From Saccostrea cucullata (lineage: Eukaryota), in assembly GCF_032062105.1 (NCBI RefSeq), contig NW_026938715.1, positions 186,001 to 250,000 on the forward strand: 64,000 nt of DNA. The letters run 5' to 3'. Made by a program: the position numbers and the translations under genes. Of the stretch, positions 61,705-64,000 are shown piece after piece. Position 1 is the first letter of the stretch. The number at the start of each line of letters is the position of its first letter. The notes under the pieces were generated by a model. The model ran no database searches, had not been told where the DNA came from, and saw nothing but the letters and a program-made list of their open reading frames with translations.

Positions 61705-63201
61705 TTATCACATGACCGACAAATTTTTCTTTGATCTTCACAAGGGTGTATTTCTCATATGAACAAAAGTGTTGTGATATATTAAATATCACATATGTGA
61801 TATAAAGCTAGTGATATCCAACCGTTATACCCTAGATGTAGGAGGAGCTATGCAAATGAGACAAAAATTCGTTTCTAGATTTTAATGAACTAACAGAAAC
61901 AAGAAAAAAACACACACAATACAGATAGTTAACACAGTTTAAATCAAAATGCACAAATCTTTACAAAACAAGACACTGACACGGTCTAGCGGAGCATTTC
62001 TCGAAGCGGATAGCTTCATCTCCCATAGGAATTCGCACATTCAATGGTAGTTTCCTTTCGGGCATCCTCTGAAAAGTTCATTTCATGAACACTTTGCTCT
62101 TATGCACAGTAGACTATCGGAACAGATTTGATATAAAGTTCTCGATCGGGGTAGGGAAATCCGTATGCACCCCTGGCTTCAATTACAGTGTACAAAACAT
62201 GATATAGTGTTCGAAAGTTCTTGGTATATAAAAGAGAGTATTTCGGGAATGATTTTAAACTCACCAAGTTGTTGTTTCGCTGAGATTTCCAGTCGTTGAA
62301 CACTTGAACCATGTTGACTGCCCATGAACTGATGAATTGTTACGGCGTGTGGTTTTACTTTCTTGATTTTTTAAGCGCACTTATTTCACTGGCCGACACA
62401 TGTTTTCCGAATCTGTATAGCTAGTATATTCAGTCCATTCCGTAAAATTTTCCCTTTTCGATTCCGGAAATGATCCCAAACACCAACACGGTAAATCGAA
62501 ATTCATAGAAGTCCTGGCCACATGGGCCATTTTTAAATCCGATCGCCTGAGTTCATACAATGTGAACTGCTTGACTCGATTGAAAATGATCCTCGTCGTA
62601 GGCTTGCTGCAAAAAGGCCATTCTTTACGCTATAGACCCCTTCTACTACTTTCTCCAAATCCATAGAATACAAATGAATTGATTATCTCAAGAAAATGAT
62701 CACGTGGTACAGTACTAAGAAAATTTACCAAATTTGTAAATCCGTTACTTGGATACCAAAAACCCTTCGCGTTAAGACTATCACGTGGTTCTGATTCAGA
62801 GTCTTTATTAGTTGATACAAAGAAAATACCTAATATGGGAAGAGGTCAAATGAAGGGTCATGGGATAAATCAGTTACATGATTGACAGCTCGATGATGCA
62901 TACAAAATATCGTTTCGTTATTGAAAACTCGGAGGCTAACGCCTCCTCGCGTGCAATAACTCAACGATATTTTGTATGCATCATCTCGTGTCATCATGTA
63001 ACTATTACATACATTACCGAAAAAACAATATATAGCAAAACATGGACATTATAGGAGGCGGGGGTATCATTTAGTGAGCTCATTTCTCACAATCCTTCTA
63101 GTCGATATGCAATATCACTATCAATATATCACAACACTTTTGTTGATATGAGAAATACACCCTTGTGAAGATCAAAGAAAAATTTGTCGGTCATGGGATA
63201 A
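61705..63201. mobile_element. Composite element bounded by 79-bp inverted repeats, containing a Crypton remnant, a second hairpin and a Helentron 3' end
   Basis: Arms 61705-61783 / 63123-63201 (~2 mismatches); hairpin 62872-63003; Helentron end 63045-63102 matching 34915-34998. Confidence 0.75.
62100..62420 (-). pseudogene. Degenerate Crypton recombinase N-terminal fragment
   Basis: RFGKHVSASEISALK/NQESKTTRRN/SWAVNMVQVFNDWKSQRN...VIEARGAYGFPYP aligns by eye to RFASPVSGADLK...KKTRQANNWAVRLWTDWARFRN...IIEIRRKDGTAYP of the 19886 ORF. Confidence 0.75.
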
Positions 63202-64000
63202 CTTATTATATTTTGTAATTAAAAGTAAAATCAGTAAGGATATTGGTAATTTTGTAAAGTATTACCCCTGGTAATTGCTGATTATAAAACATCATGTTGT
63301 TACCCAGACTGCCCGGCATGTGATTTTTTAATGATTGTAAAATATCACCACTTAGCACTTCTAATTGTATGTCTATATTTTGCCGTTAACTATTAAGTTA
63401 TTTTATTTTAAGAAAAAACAGTGCAAATAAAGTGAGAGTTCAGACAGTTTTGATTATGGTTGACATACTGAATTAACTTCGTTTACGTCTGCGTTGAAAA
63501 ATTATCCATGTCTGATTCTAAGGCAAGATTCGTGGTTTTCTTCATTTTTTCTTGTACATTGAAATTAAAAAATAAAATATACTCTTAATGCACATAAAAT
63601 ATCCCGATCAAGATTAATTACAGAATGAAAATTAAAACGTCTTTTATAGCCTTTTTGTGTATAAGAAGAAATGTCTTAATAAACATCTTAATTGATACGA
63701 CTAACCGGTTAATCGGTCGAAACGTCTTGTGGTTAAGCAATTAGCAATTCTGTAATTGATGGCCATCCCTATTATTATTATTATATTATTTCCACCAACA
63801 AGAGGTCCATGGGCCTTATTGGCCACCTGAGTATTGCGTAACAACTTTCAAACAATGGATGTATTCGCTTTGACAAAAGGATTGACCTATAGGAGAGAAC
63901 AATTTCCCGGAAAAAGTGACATTCCAATATTAATCTTTATTCGCTATTTTCTATTGTATATGTGTCTAAAGTTTTCAAATTTGTATTTTATACCTAATAT

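Noticed and set aside
571-62312. Most remaining short six-frame ORFs (60-126 aa)
   Set aside because: They are antisense or alternate frames of real exons, exon-plus-intron read-through, or repeat-derived, with no independent coding signal.

Overview
AT-rich, intron-containing animal genomic DNA. The repeat types suggest a bivalve mollusc, probably an oyster; this is an inference from recalled repeat families, not a database result. Spliced host genes reconstructed by hand: IMP4 (-) and ISY1 (+) head-to-head, HDHD5/CECR5 (-), SPATA22 (+) and a single-coding-exon class A GPCR (+) with an inverted pseudogene fragment. Two tandem, apparently paralogous genes (-) encode disordered proteins made of phosphotyrosine and SH3 docking motifs. 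Mobile DNA is dense. HDHD5 intron 2 holds an intact Crypton-type tyrosine recombinase element. Its ends show an A-loop-A'-B...ORF...B' architecture, so an internal site is the reverse complement of the would-be circle junction; several non-autonomous elements in the window repeat this layout. Also present: a miniature LTR retrotransposon whose LTRs carry a tRNA-like gene, a MULE with Ulp1/PHD remnants and a 9-bp TSD, hAT, Kolobok and Helentron-type non-autonomous elements, mariner, Gypsy and Penelope-like remnants, and a SINE. Coordinates were counted by eye and may be off by a few bases.
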